Source: Planctomycetota bacterium (GTDB lineage: Bacteria > Planctomycetota > B15-G4). Taken from it: 64,000 nt of DNA. Of this stretch, positions 49,420-60,130 are shown in pieces (within the stretch, counting starts at the first letter, position 1; every line of letters starts with the position of its first letter). The DNA lies in assembly GCA_965248575.1 (NCBI GenBank), contig CBDFJQ010000002.1:896001-960000 (forward strand), read 5' to 3'. The notes under the pieces were generated by a model that saw nothing but the letters and a program-made list of their open reading frames with translations, ran no database searches and had not been told where the DNA came from. A program made the translations under genes and the position numbers.

Positions 49420-50619
49420 GTGACTCCCGAGCCAGCCTCCCAAGGCCCCCGGACACGACCAGCCCCTGCGGGCGACACCTTGGTCGACGGCCCGCACGCG
49501 GACGCCTTGCGTTGCCAGCTCTCTGCTCTACGCAAGGTGCACAACATCCCGGGCCTTGCCGCTGCCCGCGTGCACCCTGATGGGTGGGCCGTGGTGGCCG
49601 TGGACGGCCTGGCAGACCTTCGCAGCTCCCGGCCACTCGACCTGGATTCGGTCTTCGCCTGGTTTTCACTGACCAAGGTGCTGACGGCGACCGCTTGCGT
49701 GCGCGCGTTGGCAGAAGCCGGTCTGGCCCTTGATGCCAGGCTCGATGAGTTCGCGCCCGGCCTGGTGTCCACGCTGCCGGCCAGCTGCGCTGCGCTCGGC
49801 CTGGGGCAACTGCAGATGGACCAGCTCATGAGCCATGGCGCTGGTTTTCGAGACCGCCAACTGCATGCGGCGCGCTGGTTCCTGGATGACTCACAAGCCT
49901 GGCCAGACCCCCGTGACTTCCTTTACGAAGTGCTCGGGCGTCGCCCCTGGGTGCGCGGCGAACCGGGCCGGAGCTTCCACTACTCAAACCTCGGGTACGC
50001 CCTCTTGGGTGAAGCCCTGGCCGAAGCGACCCGCTCGACTTTTCGCGAACACATCGTGCGTAACCTGCTGAAGCCTGTGGGCGCGATCCACGCGGGCTTC
50101 GAGGCCGAGGGCAAGGTCGCGACGGGACACGTGCGCCAGGCGAGCCGGATGGGGTTGCTGGCGACGGCCTTGGGTGGATTCGTGGAGGACCGCGTGCGCT
50201 CCAAGCAACACCACGGCCTGTGGATCACGACCAGGCGCCGGCGCCCGATCTTCTCACCGCATGGTGGTCTCTGGGGGCCCGTGGGCGATCTCGTGCCGCT
50301 GCTCCGGGAGCAGCTGCATCTGAGCACGACACCCGACTGCCCAGAGTTCGACATGGGCAGGGTTCATCAGGCCCGTCGAGGACGGGCGCGGCGGCGGGGC
50401 GAGGGTGGTCTCGGTTGGCGCGTCCATCCTGCGGGGCCGGGAGCAGCGCTTGCATCAAACCCGGGGTTTCTCTCACACGGAGGGCGCGGCCCGGGATTCA
50501 CGGCAGAGATGCAGGTCCACCCCGAACAGCGCCAAGCAATCGCCGTGCTCGGCAACGCGTCGTTCGACGCCAAGGTCGTCACGGCTTCGCTTCTGAGAGT
50601 CCCGCTCGAAACTCAGTGA
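49420..50619 (+). CDS. Serine hydrolase, beta-lactamase/AmpC family
   Basis: FSLTK (SxxK), L-SH-AG, F-YSN-GY-LLG, HGG-GPGF. Confidence 0.85.
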   Translation: MTPEPASQGPRTRPAPAGDTLVDGPHADALRCQLSALRKVHNIPGLAAARVHPDGWAVVAVDGLADLRSSRPLDLDSVFAWFSLTKVLTATACVRALAEAGLALDARLDEFAPGLVSTLPASCAALGLGQLQMDQLMSHGAGFRDRQLHAARWFLDDSQAWPDPRDFLYEVLGRRPWVRGEPGRSFHYSNLGYALLGEALAEATRSTFREHIVRNLLKPVGAIHAGFEAEGKVATGHVRQASRMGLLATALGGFVEDRVRSKQHHGLWITTRRRRPIFSPHGGLWGPVGDLVPLLREQLHLSTTPDCPEFDMGRVHQARRGRARRRGEGGLGWRVHPAGPGAALASNPGFLSHGGRGPGFTAEMQVHPEQRQAIAVLGNASFDAKVVTASLLRVPLETQ

Positions 50620-53420
50620 GCCTGGAGCCAGTTCTGGCCGACGCCTGTGTCCACCACCAGCGGGACGTCCAGCTCCATGGCACCTTCCATGAGAGGCACC
50701 ACGAGCTCGCGCAGTGCATCCGCTTCCTGCTCGGCCACTTCGAAGACCAGCTCGTCGTGCACTTGCATGATCATGCGAGCCGAGAGCTGGCTCGCCTCGA
50801 GGGCTGCCTGCACACGGATCATGGCCAGCTTGACCAGGTCAGCAGCTGTCCCTTGGATCGGAGTGTTCACCGCCATGTTCATGAGCGCAGCGAAGGTTCG
50901 CGGATCGGCGCTGTCGAGGCCGTCGAGGCGCCGGCGTCGACCGGCCAAGGTGCTCACATAGCCCTGCTCCTTCGCCGAATCTCGTGTGCCATCGAGCCAG
51001 GCTTTCACCTGCGGGAAGGTCTCGAAGTACTGCTCGATGAAAGCCGCGGCCTCCTTCACGCTGACGTTGATCTCGCCCGAGAGGCGCTGGGCGCCCATGC
51101 CGTAGATGATGCCGAAGTTGATGGCCTTGGCTCGGCTCCGCATGTCGCCCGTGACGTCCTCGGCGGCCACACCAAACACCAGGGAAGCCGTACGACGGTG
51201 GATGTCCTCGCCTGAACGGAAAGCCTTGATCAGCGCCGTGTCGCCCGAGAGGTGGGCCATCAGCCGCAGCTCGACCTGGCTGTAGTCGGCAGCCAGCAGC
51301 AGGTTCCCTGGCTCGGCGATGAACGCTTCGCGGATGCGGCGCCCCTCGGCCGTGCGCACCGGGATGTTCTGCAGATTGGGGTCCGTGGAGCTGAGCCGCC
51401 CCGTGGCCGCCACCGCCTGGTTGTAGGAGGTGTGGATCCTGCCGCTGAACGGATGGATCAGTGCAGGCAAGGCATCCACATAGGTGCCCTTGAGCTTCGT
51501 GAGCTGGCGGTGCTCGAGAATCTTCGCCGCGATGGGGTGGGCCTTCAGGGAGTCCAGCACGCTCGCGTCCGTGCTGAAGCCGGTCTTGGTCTTCTTGAGG
51601 CGCTTGATGCCCAGCTCTTCGTGCACCGCCAGCTTCTCGAAGAGGATGTGTGCAAGCTGCTTCGGGCTGGCCACGTTGAACTCTTCGCCAGCCAGTTCAT
51701 GGATCTCCGTGTTGAGCGCCGCGATGCGCTCTCCCATCTCGGTTCCGATCCGCGCCAGCAGATCCCGGTCCACGAACACACCGTGCGTCTCCATGGTCTG
51801 CAAGACGGAGAGTACGGGCAGTTCGATGTCCCGGAAGACGTGGTCGACATCGCGCCCAAGATCCGTGCCTGTCAGCTGCTCGTCGAAGAGCTTCCAGAGT
51901 CGGAAGGTGCAGTCGGCGTCTTCGCAGGCGTACTCCCCGCACTTGGCGACGGGCACATCCCACATGCTGATCTGCTTTGCACCCTTTCCGATCAGCTCCG
52001 AGGTGGGGATCTTCGTGATGCCCAGGTGCTTCAGGGAGAGGAAGTCCAGGCCGTGCTGGGACTGGTGGGCGTCCAGGCAATAGGAGGCCAACATCGTGTC
52101 GAAGCCGATCTGCGCCGGGGCCAGGCCGTAGCGGCCGAGCACGTGCAGGTCGTACTTCAGGTTCTGTCCTGCGACCGCCACGCTGGCGTCCCTGAAGACG
52201 GGAGTCAGATCCTCCAGGAATCGAGCGAGATCGCTGCCGTCTGCGGGCCGGAGCGGGTCGCCGGGCAGGCCGCTGCCCGTGGTGAGCGAACCGCTGCTGG
52301 CGAACATCCCTTCGTCGTCGCCAGTGCCTGCCGCACGTTCGCGTGCCGTGCGCCCCCGATCGCCGGCGCCGAACAGCGGCTCCGCGAGATTCGCGGGGAG
52401 ATACCAACCCGTCGAGCTCTCGAAGGAGAAGGCCAATCCGACGATCTCCGCCTCCAGGGCCTTGAGGGATGTCGTCTCGAGATCGAAGACGAGTTCTTTC
52501 GCAGCACGCAGCTCCCCGAGGAAGGCCTCGTACTCCGCAACGGAATCCACGACACGGTAGACACGGGCGCCGTCATCCAAGGTCGCCTCATCGCCGAGGC
52601 GTTTGATGAGCGACGGGAACTCCAACTCCAGGAAGAGCGCGCGCGCCTCCTCCACAACCGGTCCGGTGTAGACCAGGTCTTCCAGGCTCACGGTGATGGG
52701 GGATTCCAGCCGGATCGTCACCAGGTCCTGCGAGAGATACGCGCTCTCCTTACCCTCCTTCAAGCGCGTCTGCAGGGACGGCGGCTTGATGGACTCGATC
52801 TTCTCGTAGATGTCGTCGAGGCCCTCGTACTGGCCGATGAGCTTGAGGGCCGTCTTCGTCCCCACGCGCGGGACACCGGGTACGTTGTCGGAGGTGTCAC
52901 CCATGAGCGCCAGCACGTCGATGACCTGGTCCGGCCGGCAGTTGAACTTCTGCTTGACCGCCTCCTTGCCCAGGATGGCCGGCTCCGTACCGAGTCCCGC
53001 AGGGACATACATCGAGGTGCGATCATTGATGATCTGCATGAAGTCCTTGTCGCCGCTCACCACGAAGACCTCGTGGCCCGCCTCATAGGCTTGGCGAGCC
53101 AGGGTGCCGATGATGTCATCTGCCTCCCAGCCCGGTAGCTCGTACACCGGCATGCCCAAGGACTTCGCAATGCGTTCGAAGTTGGGCAGCTGCGCGATCA
53201 ACTCCGAGGGAGTCTTCTGGCGAGTGGCCTTGTAGTCCTTGAACTGCTCGTGCCGGAAAGTGGGCTTCGGCGTGTCCATCGCCACCAGGATGGAGTCCGG
53301 TTGCTCGCGCTCGATCAGGGAGAGCAGCGAGGCCGCATAGGCGAAGGCAGGCCCCGGTCCCCGCGCGTAGAAGGAGCGATAGGCGAGAGCAGATCCATCA
53401 ATCAGGAAGGTGCGTGGCAT
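50613..53420 (-). CDS. polA: DNA polymerase I
   Basis: LIDGS-LAYRSF-A, EADD-IG, GDKD, GD-SDN-PG; 3'-5' exo FDLETTS; ATGRLSS-DPNLQNIP, DYSQVELR, KAINFGIIYG, QVHDEL. Confidence 0.98.
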   Translation of the reverse strand: MPRTFLIDGSALAYRSFYARGPGPAFAYAASLLSLIEREQPDSILVAMDTPKPTFRHEQFKDYKATRQKTPSELIAQLPNFERIAKSLGMPVYELPGWEADDIIGTLARQAYEAGHEVFVVSGDKDFMQIINDRTSMYVPAGLGTEPAILGKEAVKQKFNCRPDQVIDVLALMGDTSDNVPGVPRVGTKTALKLIGQYEGLDDIYEKIESIKPPSLQTRLKEGKESAYLSQDLVTIRLESPITVSLEDLVYTGPVVEEARALFLELEFPSLIKRLGDEATLDDGARVYRVVDSVAEYEAFLGELRAAKELVFDLETTSLKALEAEIVGLAFSFESSTGWYLPANLAEPLFGAGDRGRTARERAAGTGDDEGMFASSGSLTTGSGLPGDPLRPADGSDLARFLEDLTPVFRDASVAVAGQNLKYDLHVLGRYGLAPAQIGFDTMLASYCLDAHQSQHGLDFLSLKHLGITKIPTSELIGKGAKQISMWDVPVAKCGEYACEDADCTFRLWKLFDEQLTGTDLGRDVDHVFRDIELPVLSVLQTMETHGVFVDRDLLARIGTEMGERIAALNTEIHELAGEEFNVASPKQLAHILFEKLAVHEELGIKRLKKTKTGFSTDASVLDSLKAHPIAAKILEHRQLTKLKGTYVDALPALIHPFSGRIHTSYNQAVAATGRLSSTDPNLQNIPVRTAEGRRIREAFIAEPGNLLLAADYSQVELRLMAHLSGDTALIKAFRSGEDIHRRTASLVFGVAAEDVTGDMRSRAKAINFGIIYGMGAQRLSGEINVSVKEAAAFIEQYFETFPQVKAWLDGTRDSAKEQGYVSTLAGRRRRLDGLDSADPRTFAALMNMAVNTPIQGTAADLVKLAMIRVQAALEASQLSARMIMQVHDELVFEVAEQEADALRELVVPLMEGAMELDVPLVVDTGVGQNWLQAH

Positions 53421-53588
53421 GGCGGGCATCCTAGCCATCCGTCGCGCCTGGGCACGCCTTTCCAATGGACATCCCCGCCCGCAGCCGAAATGCTGGGCCA
53501 CCCCTCGCTGGGACCTCGCAGCGGCTTCGGCCGTACGAGACTCCGCCGGGATCAGCAAGGTTTCCAAGGGCTTCCAGGGAGGATCGTC

Positions 53589-54230
53589 GTGCCGGCCAGG
53601 ACCCACTTGAGTTCGCACTCCCGGGGAGCTGTTCCTCCCACCAGGAGAGCGGGCTCGTGCCGACTCCTGGCGCTCGCCCTGCTGGCGCTTGGCGCATGCA
53701 GCGATGCCCCTGCGGTCGCAGAGCCTGAGACCTACACACCGCTGCGCGCAGCGCTCGCAGCAGGCGATCATTCGGATGCGCTGCACCTCGCTCGACGTGC
53801 TCTCCAGCAGTGGCCCGAGGACGGCCGCCTGGGTCTGGCTGCAGCCGAGGCCTGCCTGGGGCTCAAGCGCTTCTCCGAAGCGGCCGGTTTTGCGGAGGGC
53901 GCCTCGGGCAGCTTGGCGGACGCTGGCGACGCGGGCGGCGAACTGAGCGCCGACCTGCAGTGGGCAGCCGGCAAGGCACGCCTCGCACTCTACCTCCAGC
54001 TCCAGGGCGAGCAGGACTGGCGAGCGGCCAACAGCGCACTGGAACGAGGCGCCGCTTCTGCGGGATCCCACCGCGCGGACGCGGCCTACGCCTTGATCAA
54101 GATGCAGGGCCTGGGCGGCCTCGGCAATGAGCAGCGCGTGCAGCGCTTCGGCGACTTGTTCCTTGAGCTGGAAGCCAGCGGTGAGCGGGCCGACTGGGTC
54201 CGCAGCCGACTGAGCGGAGCGAACGATTGA
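53589..54230 (+). CDS. TPR-like lipoprotein
   Basis: Lipobox LGAC; Ala-rich helical repeats; GGAGG SD before GTG 53589; 4-nt overlap with the transporter. Confidence 0.6.
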   Translation: MPARTHLSSHSRGAVPPTRRAGSCRLLALALLALGACSDAPAVAEPETYTPLRAALAAGDHSDALHLARRALQQWPEDGRLGLAAAEACLGLKRFSEAAGFAEGASGSLADAGDAGGELSADLQWAAGKARLALYLQLQGEQDWRAANSALERGAASAGSHRADAAYALIKMQGLGGLGNEQRVQRFGDLFLELEASGERADWVRSRLSGAND

Positions 54231-55774
54231 GCAAGGTGTTCTCGAGCCGTTGGGCCTTGATCCTCGCCACCCTGGGCATGGCGATCGGCACCGGCAACCT
54301 CTGGCGCTTCCCCAGGATCCTGGCGGCGAACGGGGGTGGCACCTTCCTGATCCCCTGGATCCTGTTCCTGTTCACCTGGTCCATCCCACTGCTGATGGTG
54401 GAGTTTTCCATCGGGCGTGCGAGCAGGCGCGGCCCCGTGGGTGCCTTCGCCACGGTGTTCGGCAAGAAGACCGCCTGGCGCGGGGGCTTCGTCGCCTTCT
54501 GCACCATCGCCATCCTCTTCTACTACTCGGTGGTGAGCGGTTGGACGCTGCGCTACCTGTGGCTCGCCTTCAGCGGCGGCTTCGGTTCCATCACCCCCGA
54601 GAACGCGCCCGACGTCTTCCTCGACTTCACCCAGAGTTGGGGCCCTGCGCTAACGCATCTGATCTCCATCGGGCTCGCCTGCGGGGTGGTTGCTGCCGGC
54701 GTGACGGGCGGCATCGAGCGGGTCTGCAAGGTGCTCGTCCCAGGGCTGTTCATCGTGCTCGTCATCAGTGCCGTGCGCGGGCTGACCCTCGACGGCGCCT
54801 CGAACGGAATCGACTTCCTCACGACCTTCGACCTCGAACGACTCGCCACCGACCACACGGTGTGGCTCGAGGCGCTCACCCAATCCGCCTGGAGCACCGG
54901 GGCCGGCTGGGGTCTCATGGTCTGCTACGCCATCTATGCCAGCAAGGACATGCGCGCGGGACGCGAGTGCGTGTCCACGGGCATCGGCAACAACTGCGCC
55001 TCCTTGCTCGCGGCGCTCGCCATCATTCCGGCTGTCTTCGCCCTGGCACCGCTGGCTGGCGAGGACCCCGCAGCCCTGATGCAGGAGGGCGGCCCCGCGA
55101 GCACCGGCCTGACCTTCGTCTGGATGCCCGTCCTGTTCCAGCAGATGCCCTCGGCGGGCAACATCCTGGGGACCCTCTTCTTCGCGGGCCTGGCATTCGC
55201 CGCACTGTCCTCGCTGATCGCCTTGGTGGAACTCGCGGTGCGAACCCTGGGCGACCTGGGCATTCCCCGCAAGCGCGCGACGCTGCTGACCTTCGTGGTG
55301 GGCTTCGTGCTCGGCGTGCCTTCTGCTGTCGACCTGGGGTTCATTCCCGGGCACAAAGGCCTGACCGTGTTCGAGAACCAGGATTGGGTCTGGGGCGTGG
55401 GGCTGATGGTGTCGGGTGCGTTCACGGGGTACTCCGTGTTGCGCTATGGGCCGCGCCGCTTCCACGACAAGATCATCGCCGAGCCTGAAGGGGCTCCGCC
55501 GGGAGGCGGCCTGCTGTTCCGCTTCGCTGTGACGATCCTGGTTCCTCTCCAAGCTCTGGTCCTGCTGGGCTGGTGGTTCTATCAGGCCTTCACGTGGGTT
55601 CCCAACACGGATGAGCAAGGTACCCTTCGCCCCCTGGGTGACCGCATCGCGGAGTGGCTTGACCCCACAACGGTGTTTGGCGTCGGCACCTGCCTCCTTC
55701 AGTGGGGCACGGTCATCGCCGTCCTGTTGTTCGTGAACAAGCGCTTGGGCAATGCAGAACCGTCTGCGGAGTAG
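54227..55774 (+). CDS. Sodium-dependent transporter, NSS/SNF family
   Basis: FSSR---IL---G-AIG-GNLWRFP, NGGG-F, E--IGR, YYSV--GW, GIER--K. Confidence 0.93.
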   Translation: MSKVFSSRWALILATLGMAIGTGNLWRFPRILAANGGGTFLIPWILFLFTWSIPLLMVEFSIGRASRRGPVGAFATVFGKKTAWRGGFVAFCTIAILFYYSVVSGWTLRYLWLAFSGGFGSITPENAPDVFLDFTQSWGPALTHLISIGLACGVVAAGVTGGIERVCKVLVPGLFIVLVISAVRGLTLDGASNGIDFLTTFDLERLATDHTVWLEALTQSAWSTGAGWGLMVCYAIYASKDMRAGRECVSTGIGNNCASLLAALAIIPAVFALAPLAGEDPAALMQEGGPASTGLTFVWMPVLFQQMPSAGNILGTLFFAGLAFAALSSLIALVELAVRTLGDLGIPRKRATLLTFVVGFVLGVPSAVDLGFIPGHKGLTVFENQDWVWGVGLMVSGAFTGYSVLRYGPRRFHDKIIAEPEGAPPGGGLLFRFAVTILVPLQALVLLGWWFYQAFTWVPNTDEQGTLRPLGDRIAEWLDPTTVFGVGTCLLQWGTVIAVLLFVNKRLGNAEPSAE

Positions 55775-55795
55775 CCCGGACGAGGGCGGACGCGG

Positions 55796-57064
55796 TCAGG
55801 CTGAGTCCGCGCCTGCGCGCCCAAGGTGGCGCACGTTCCAGAAGAACGCCGCCTCCAGGACAATGGACAGGACGTAAAGCGTCGTCGTGATCAACATGGG
55901 CACGACATAGCCGTCGCTGCCGTCACCGATCCAACCCGGCGATCGTTCGATCAGGATCCCGCCCATCTGATTGGACATCGCCCAACCCAGGGTCCAGGCC
56001 AGCATCGTGACCCCGTTCACGGCGGCGCGCCAATCGGGTGGGGTCAGCTCCATCATGAGATTGCGCCACATGGGATGGCTCAGGTTCATGAGGGCGCTGC
56101 GAAACACGAAGGCCACCAGGGCCACGGGGAAGCTCGTGGTGAACGCCAAGATCAAGAAGAAAGGCAGCGAGAGCGCCTCGCTGGCGATGGTCGCCTTCAG
56201 GAATCCCATGCGACGCACGGCCCAGGGAATGGCCAGGATGCCGACGGTCATGGTCAGTTGCGAGGTGGACATGACGACGCCCAGCTGGCTCTTCGGCAGG
56301 GCAAAGCGGTCCGTGAAGTACAGATTGATGAAGGGGATCGTCAGGCCCGCACCCAGGCCCATGAACACATGAGGCAGAGCCATCCGCCACCAGAGGTGCC
56401 AGTGGGAGGGGGCCAGGATGGCGAACATGCGCCGCCGGGCGGGAGCGACCTCCTGCTCGGGCATCGCCTCGCTGAGACGGATCCGGCGGTAGAACGGAAG
56501 CGCACCCAGAGTTGCGGCGGCACCAAGCAGGAGCGTGGCCCGCAGCGCTCCTGTCTCGGCCCAGATGTGCGCCTCCAGGCTCCCAGCGATGAGCCCCGCC
56601 ACGGCCAGGCCGACCATGGACGCGATAGAGTGCGTTGCCATCTCGGCGCCGAACAAGCTGGTGCGCTCGGCAGGTGTGCTGGCGGTGACCAGGAAGGGCG
56701 CGGCCACCACGCGGTGCAAGGTGAAGAAAGCGCCCTGCAGCGCGGCGAACACGAACAGGAAGCCGAGCCCCTCGCAACACGCCATCCCCGCCAGGGAAAG
56801 CGCCGCCCCGATGCTGCTGAGGACCAGGCTGCGGCGCGCACCGAGCCGATCGTAAAGAGCAGCTGCCGGAATCGTCGAGAGCACGACACCCACGCCAGCT
56901 GCCGCCAGGATCTGGCCCACGGCTTCGTCGTCGTGACCCAACGAACGCACGTAGAGGTTCTGGAGAACCCACAGGAAGGCGTGGCCCAACTCGAGCAGGA
57001 TGGCACCCCCGAGGAAGTGCCGGGCGTCCTCCGAGAAGGTCCGCCAGGTGGCGGCAATCTTCAC
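55796..57064 (-). CDS. MFS transporter
   Basis: About 12 TM helices, D-R-G-RR motif, PF-NLY. Confidence 0.85.
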   Translation of the reverse strand: MKIAATWRTFSEDARHFLGGAILLELGHAFLWVLQNLYVRSLGHDDEAVGQILAAAGVGVVLSTIPAAALYDRLGARRSLVLSSIGAALSLAGMACCEGLGFLFVFAALQGAFFTLHRVVAAPFLVTASTPAERTSLFGAEMATHSIASMVGLAVAGLIAGSLEAHIWAETGALRATLLLGAAATLGALPFYRRIRLSEAMPEQEVAPARRRMFAILAPSHWHLWWRMALPHVFMGLGAGLTIPFINLYFTDRFALPKSQLGVVMSTSQLTMTVGILAIPWAVRRMGFLKATIASEALSLPFFLILAFTTSFPVALVAFVFRSALMNLSHPMWRNLMMELTPPDWRAAVNGVTMLAWTLGWAMSNQMGGILIERSPGWIGDGSDGYVVPMLITTTLYVLSIVLEAAFFWNVRHLGRAGADSA

Positions 57065-57065
57065 G

Positions 57066-59504
57066 TCAGCTGGCCGCGCTCGAGGAGTTGGCGGCTTCCG
57101 GTGGAGGCTCCGGGGCCGTGCGCCCGAACACGAAGAGCACGAACAACATCACGGCCACGCCACTTCCGAGCGCCAAGGGCGTGCTCCACCAATCGAAGAG
57201 GACGGTGGGGATGTAGCCCAGGCACACAGCGAGCAAGCCCGTGGTCAGGGCGTAGGGCGCCTGGGTCCGGACGTGGTCTACATGGTCCGACGCGCTGGAG
57301 ACGGAGCTCAACACCGTGGTGTCGGAGATGGGGGAGCAGTGGTCTCCAAAGATGGAGCCTTCCAGCACGGCACCGACGCAGAGCACCACCATGGCCAAGG
57401 CCCCCATGCCCTCGGCTTCGCCCACGCTGGCAGCGAGCGCCACCACGTTCGGCAAGAGGATCGCCATGGTCGACCAGGACGAGCCGGTGGAGAAGGCCAC
57501 GAGGCAGGCGGCGCCGAAGAGCAGGACCGGCAACATGACGGCGCTCACGGAACCGGAGAGCAGCGCCACCAGGTAGTCCGCCGTCCCCATGTCGCGGCAC
57601 ACAGCGCCGATCATCCAGGCCTGGAAGAGGATCATCACCGCGAAGAAGAGCGCCCGGATGCTCGACAAGCTGGCGCGGCTCAGATCACCGGCGGGAAGGT
57701 GCTCGCGGCTGGTGCGCGCCAAGGCAGGCAGGGCACGCGCCAGCAGCGCCAGCAGCACGGCACCGGCACTGAAGGCGAGGCCATAGGCCAGGTAGTCCAG
57801 GGTGCCGAGGACGAGCTTGCCGAAGGCGAACTCATGGACCCAGGCCATGGACTCCAGGCCGCTGGCCACGACGTCCTGGAACAGGGCGGCTGCTGCGACG
57901 CCACCCACCATCGCCACGCGGGTGAGGTTCGAACCCGTCAGGAACATGGCCAGGACGAATCCTGCGAAGGCGCCCACGAAGATGGGCTTGCCGCCGCTTC
58001 CGTCGAACAGGATTCCGGTGATGCCCTTCGCCCCATCGACCCCGCGCAGCGACAACAGCGAAGAGGGATTCTGCGTGAGCACTTCCCAACCTCCGCCTTC
58101 CATGAAGATGGAGGCGAGGGTGGCAAACAGGACCAACGCGATGGGCAGGGCACCGTGCCACCAGTGCAAGGGCATGCCCTCGCGCGGTTCGATGCGCGTC
58201 GCCTCGTCGGAGACCATCGGGGTGCCACCCTCCCGAACCAACCGCCCGGTCGTGCGTGCGCGGGCTTCGGCTCGTCGCATGGGCCCGTAGTCGCGACGGG
58301 TCACGATCGTCAGGAACACGAAGGCCAGCGTGAACAGGCAGTAGTAGCGGTAGGGAATCGTGCGCAGGAAGATCTCGTAGGCATCCTCCTGGATCCCAGC
58401 GGCCGGGAGGTGCGCGCTGAAGGTCGAGACTTCGTAGGCGATCCATGTGGACAGGAGCGAGATGCCGGCCACGGGCGCCGCGGTGCTGTCGACGATGTAC
58501 GCGAGTTTCTCACGCGAGATGCGCAGACGATCCGTGAGCGGCCGCATGGTGTTGCCCACCAACAAGCAGTTGGCGTAGTCGTCAAAGAAGATCAGCAGCC
58601 CCATGCCCCAGGTCACGAGCAGTGTGGAGCGCACCGTGCGTGCGAAGCCCAACAACAGCTGCACGAGCCCGTGCACCCCGCCGCTGCGACTCATGACACC
58701 CACCATCGCCACCAGCAGGATCACGAAGCCGATGATCTCGACCCGGAAGGTGTCCACGAGCTCGGTCCAGAAGAACACGCGGAAGACATCCAGGAAGCCG
58801 CTCCCCAGGGCCGGAACCCAACCCAGGCCGCCATCGTGAGCCAACAGCACAGCGCCCACCAGAATCCCCATGAACAAGGCGAGCAGGGTGCGGCGCAGCA
58901 CGAGGGCCACGAAGATGGCCACCAGCGGAGGCAGCATCGCACCGCGATGGGGGACCCGGGTCTGGCCCACGACGATGCGTGCGAGGGCAGGATCCAGCGC
59001 AGGGTCGAGGCCCGATTCGAGGCCCGGGGTGGTGGACGACACCTGGCCCGCCAGGTCGACACGGGGGCCGTCGGTCGTCACCTCCAGCGAGACCAGCACG
59101 GGCGCGTCCAAAGCGTCCGCTGCCATCTGCAGGCCGGGAAGCCCCTCCGTGCGCAACTTCTGGTCGAGCTCACTCAGGCGTGTGCTGAAGGCTCTCAGAA
59201 AAGCCGCCTCGCGGGTGGGCTCACCGTCGACGAAGACCTCCAGGCGCAGCCGCTGGAAGGACTGGCCAGGCACCAGGCGGGCGCGGCAGACGCGCAGCAC
59301 GTCCGAGAAAATCGTGGGGCCTTCCAGCTGACGGGTTTCGAGCCAAAGCTCCAGGTCGGCGTCCTTGGCCGGGATCTGGTCCTCCAGCAGGTTTCGCGCA
59401 GCCTGAGCCACAAGCACCCGGGAATCCGCGCTGGGAACCAGCAGTGCCGCCGCCAGGATCAGCCCGACGAGGGCCCCCAACACTGCCGTGATCCTGCTGT
59501 TCAT
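57066..59504 (-). CDS. Na+/H+ antiporter NhaC-family protein with N-terminal extracytoplasmic domain
   Basis: LPPL-AI, FFDDYAN-L-VG-TMRP-TD---SREKLAYIVDSTAAP, F-TGSSW-T, FGDHCSPISDTT-LSS, HV-TQ-PYA. Confidence 0.9.
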   Translation of the reverse strand: MNSRITAVLGALVGLILAAALLVPSADSRVLVAQAARNLLEDQIPAKDADLELWLETRQLEGPTIFSDVLRVCRARLVPGQSFQRLRLEVFVDGEPTREAAFLRAFSTRLSELDQKLRTEGLPGLQMAADALDAPVLVSLEVTTDGPRVDLAGQVSSTTPGLESGLDPALDPALARIVVGQTRVPHRGAMLPPLVAIFVALVLRRTLLALFMGILVGAVLLAHDGGLGWVPALGSGFLDVFRVFFWTELVDTFRVEIIGFVILLVAMVGVMSRSGGVHGLVQLLLGFARTVRSTLLVTWGMGLLIFFDDYANCLLVGNTMRPLTDRLRISREKLAYIVDSTAAPVAGISLLSTWIAYEVSTFSAHLPAAGIQEDAYEIFLRTIPYRYYCLFTLAFVFLTIVTRRDYGPMRRAEARARTTGRLVREGGTPMVSDEATRIEPREGMPLHWWHGALPIALVLFATLASIFMEGGGWEVLTQNPSSLLSLRGVDGAKGITGILFDGSGGKPIFVGAFAGFVLAMFLTGSNLTRVAMVGGVAAAALFQDVVASGLESMAWVHEFAFGKLVLGTLDYLAYGLAFSAGAVLLALLARALPALARTSREHLPAGDLSRASLSSIRALFFAVMILFQAWMIGAVCRDMGTADYLVALLSGSVSAVMLPVLLFGAACLVAFSTGSSWSTMAILLPNVVALAASVGEAEGMGALAMVVLCVGAVLEGSIFGDHCSPISDTTVLSSVSSASDHVDHVRTQAPYALTTGLLAVCLGYIPTVLFDWWSTPLALGSGVAVMLFVLFVFGRTAPEPPPEAANSSSAAS

Positions 59505-59590
59505 GGACTGCCCCGCGAGGAAGCGGGGGATTGTACCGGAGCAGCTCGCCGCTTGAAGCCTGGGCACCGGGCGGGAATCATGGGCGGCCT

Positions 59591-60130
59591 ATGGAACCCG
59601 TCCTGATTGCCGTCGCCGCCTTGGGCCTGCTCGGTCTGCTCGGAGTCGCTTTGCTCGCCAAGCGCCTCGGCCAGCTGGAATCCGCACTGGGGCGGCTCGA
59701 CCGCCTCGAGGAGATCGAGCGCCGGCTCGGAGACCTCTGCGCAGAGTTCGACCGGAAGGAACTCAATACGCGGCTGCAAGCCAAGATGACGGAGGTGACC
59801 GAGGCCAATCGGCGCCTGGCCCACGCGGTGGACGAGGTGCGGCTCGAGGTCAAGGAGCTGGTGGACAGCTCAACCCAGCGGCAGGTGGCCCTCGAGGCAT
59901 CCGAAGCCGATGAACCGTCCTCCATGGCCGAGGTGGTGCGTTCCCATCTTCAGGCCGACGGCTTTGACGAAGTGCACATCCTGTCCGACCTGACCCACCT
60001 CCAGGGCCGCAGCGGTCGGGTCGTGTTCGAAGCCCGGCGCACCGGCGTCATGCACAAGGGCCACGTGAATCTGAAGGACGGCCACGTGCAGGACGAGAAC
60101 GTGCGCGCGGCCTACTCGGCCTTTCCGTAG
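59591..60130 (+). CDS. Hypothetical membrane-anchored coiled-coil protein
   Basis: N-terminal TM, coiled coil, small C-terminal alpha/beta domain. Confidence 0.6.
   Translation: MEPVLIAVAALGLLGLLGVALLAKRLGQLESALGRLDRLEEIERRLGDLCAEFDRKELNTRLQAKMTEVTEANRRLAHAVDEVRLEVKELVDSSTQRQVALEASEADEPSSMAEVVRSHLQADGFDEVHILSDLTHLQGRSGRVVFEARRTGVMHKGHVNLKDGHVQDENVRAAYSAFP

Noticed and set aside
57000..59606. 868-aa + strand ORF, and similar long antisense ORFs at 29710-32298, 51252-53138 and 18619-20070
   Set aside because: Shadows of well-supported genes (NhaC, dnaE2, polA, guaB)
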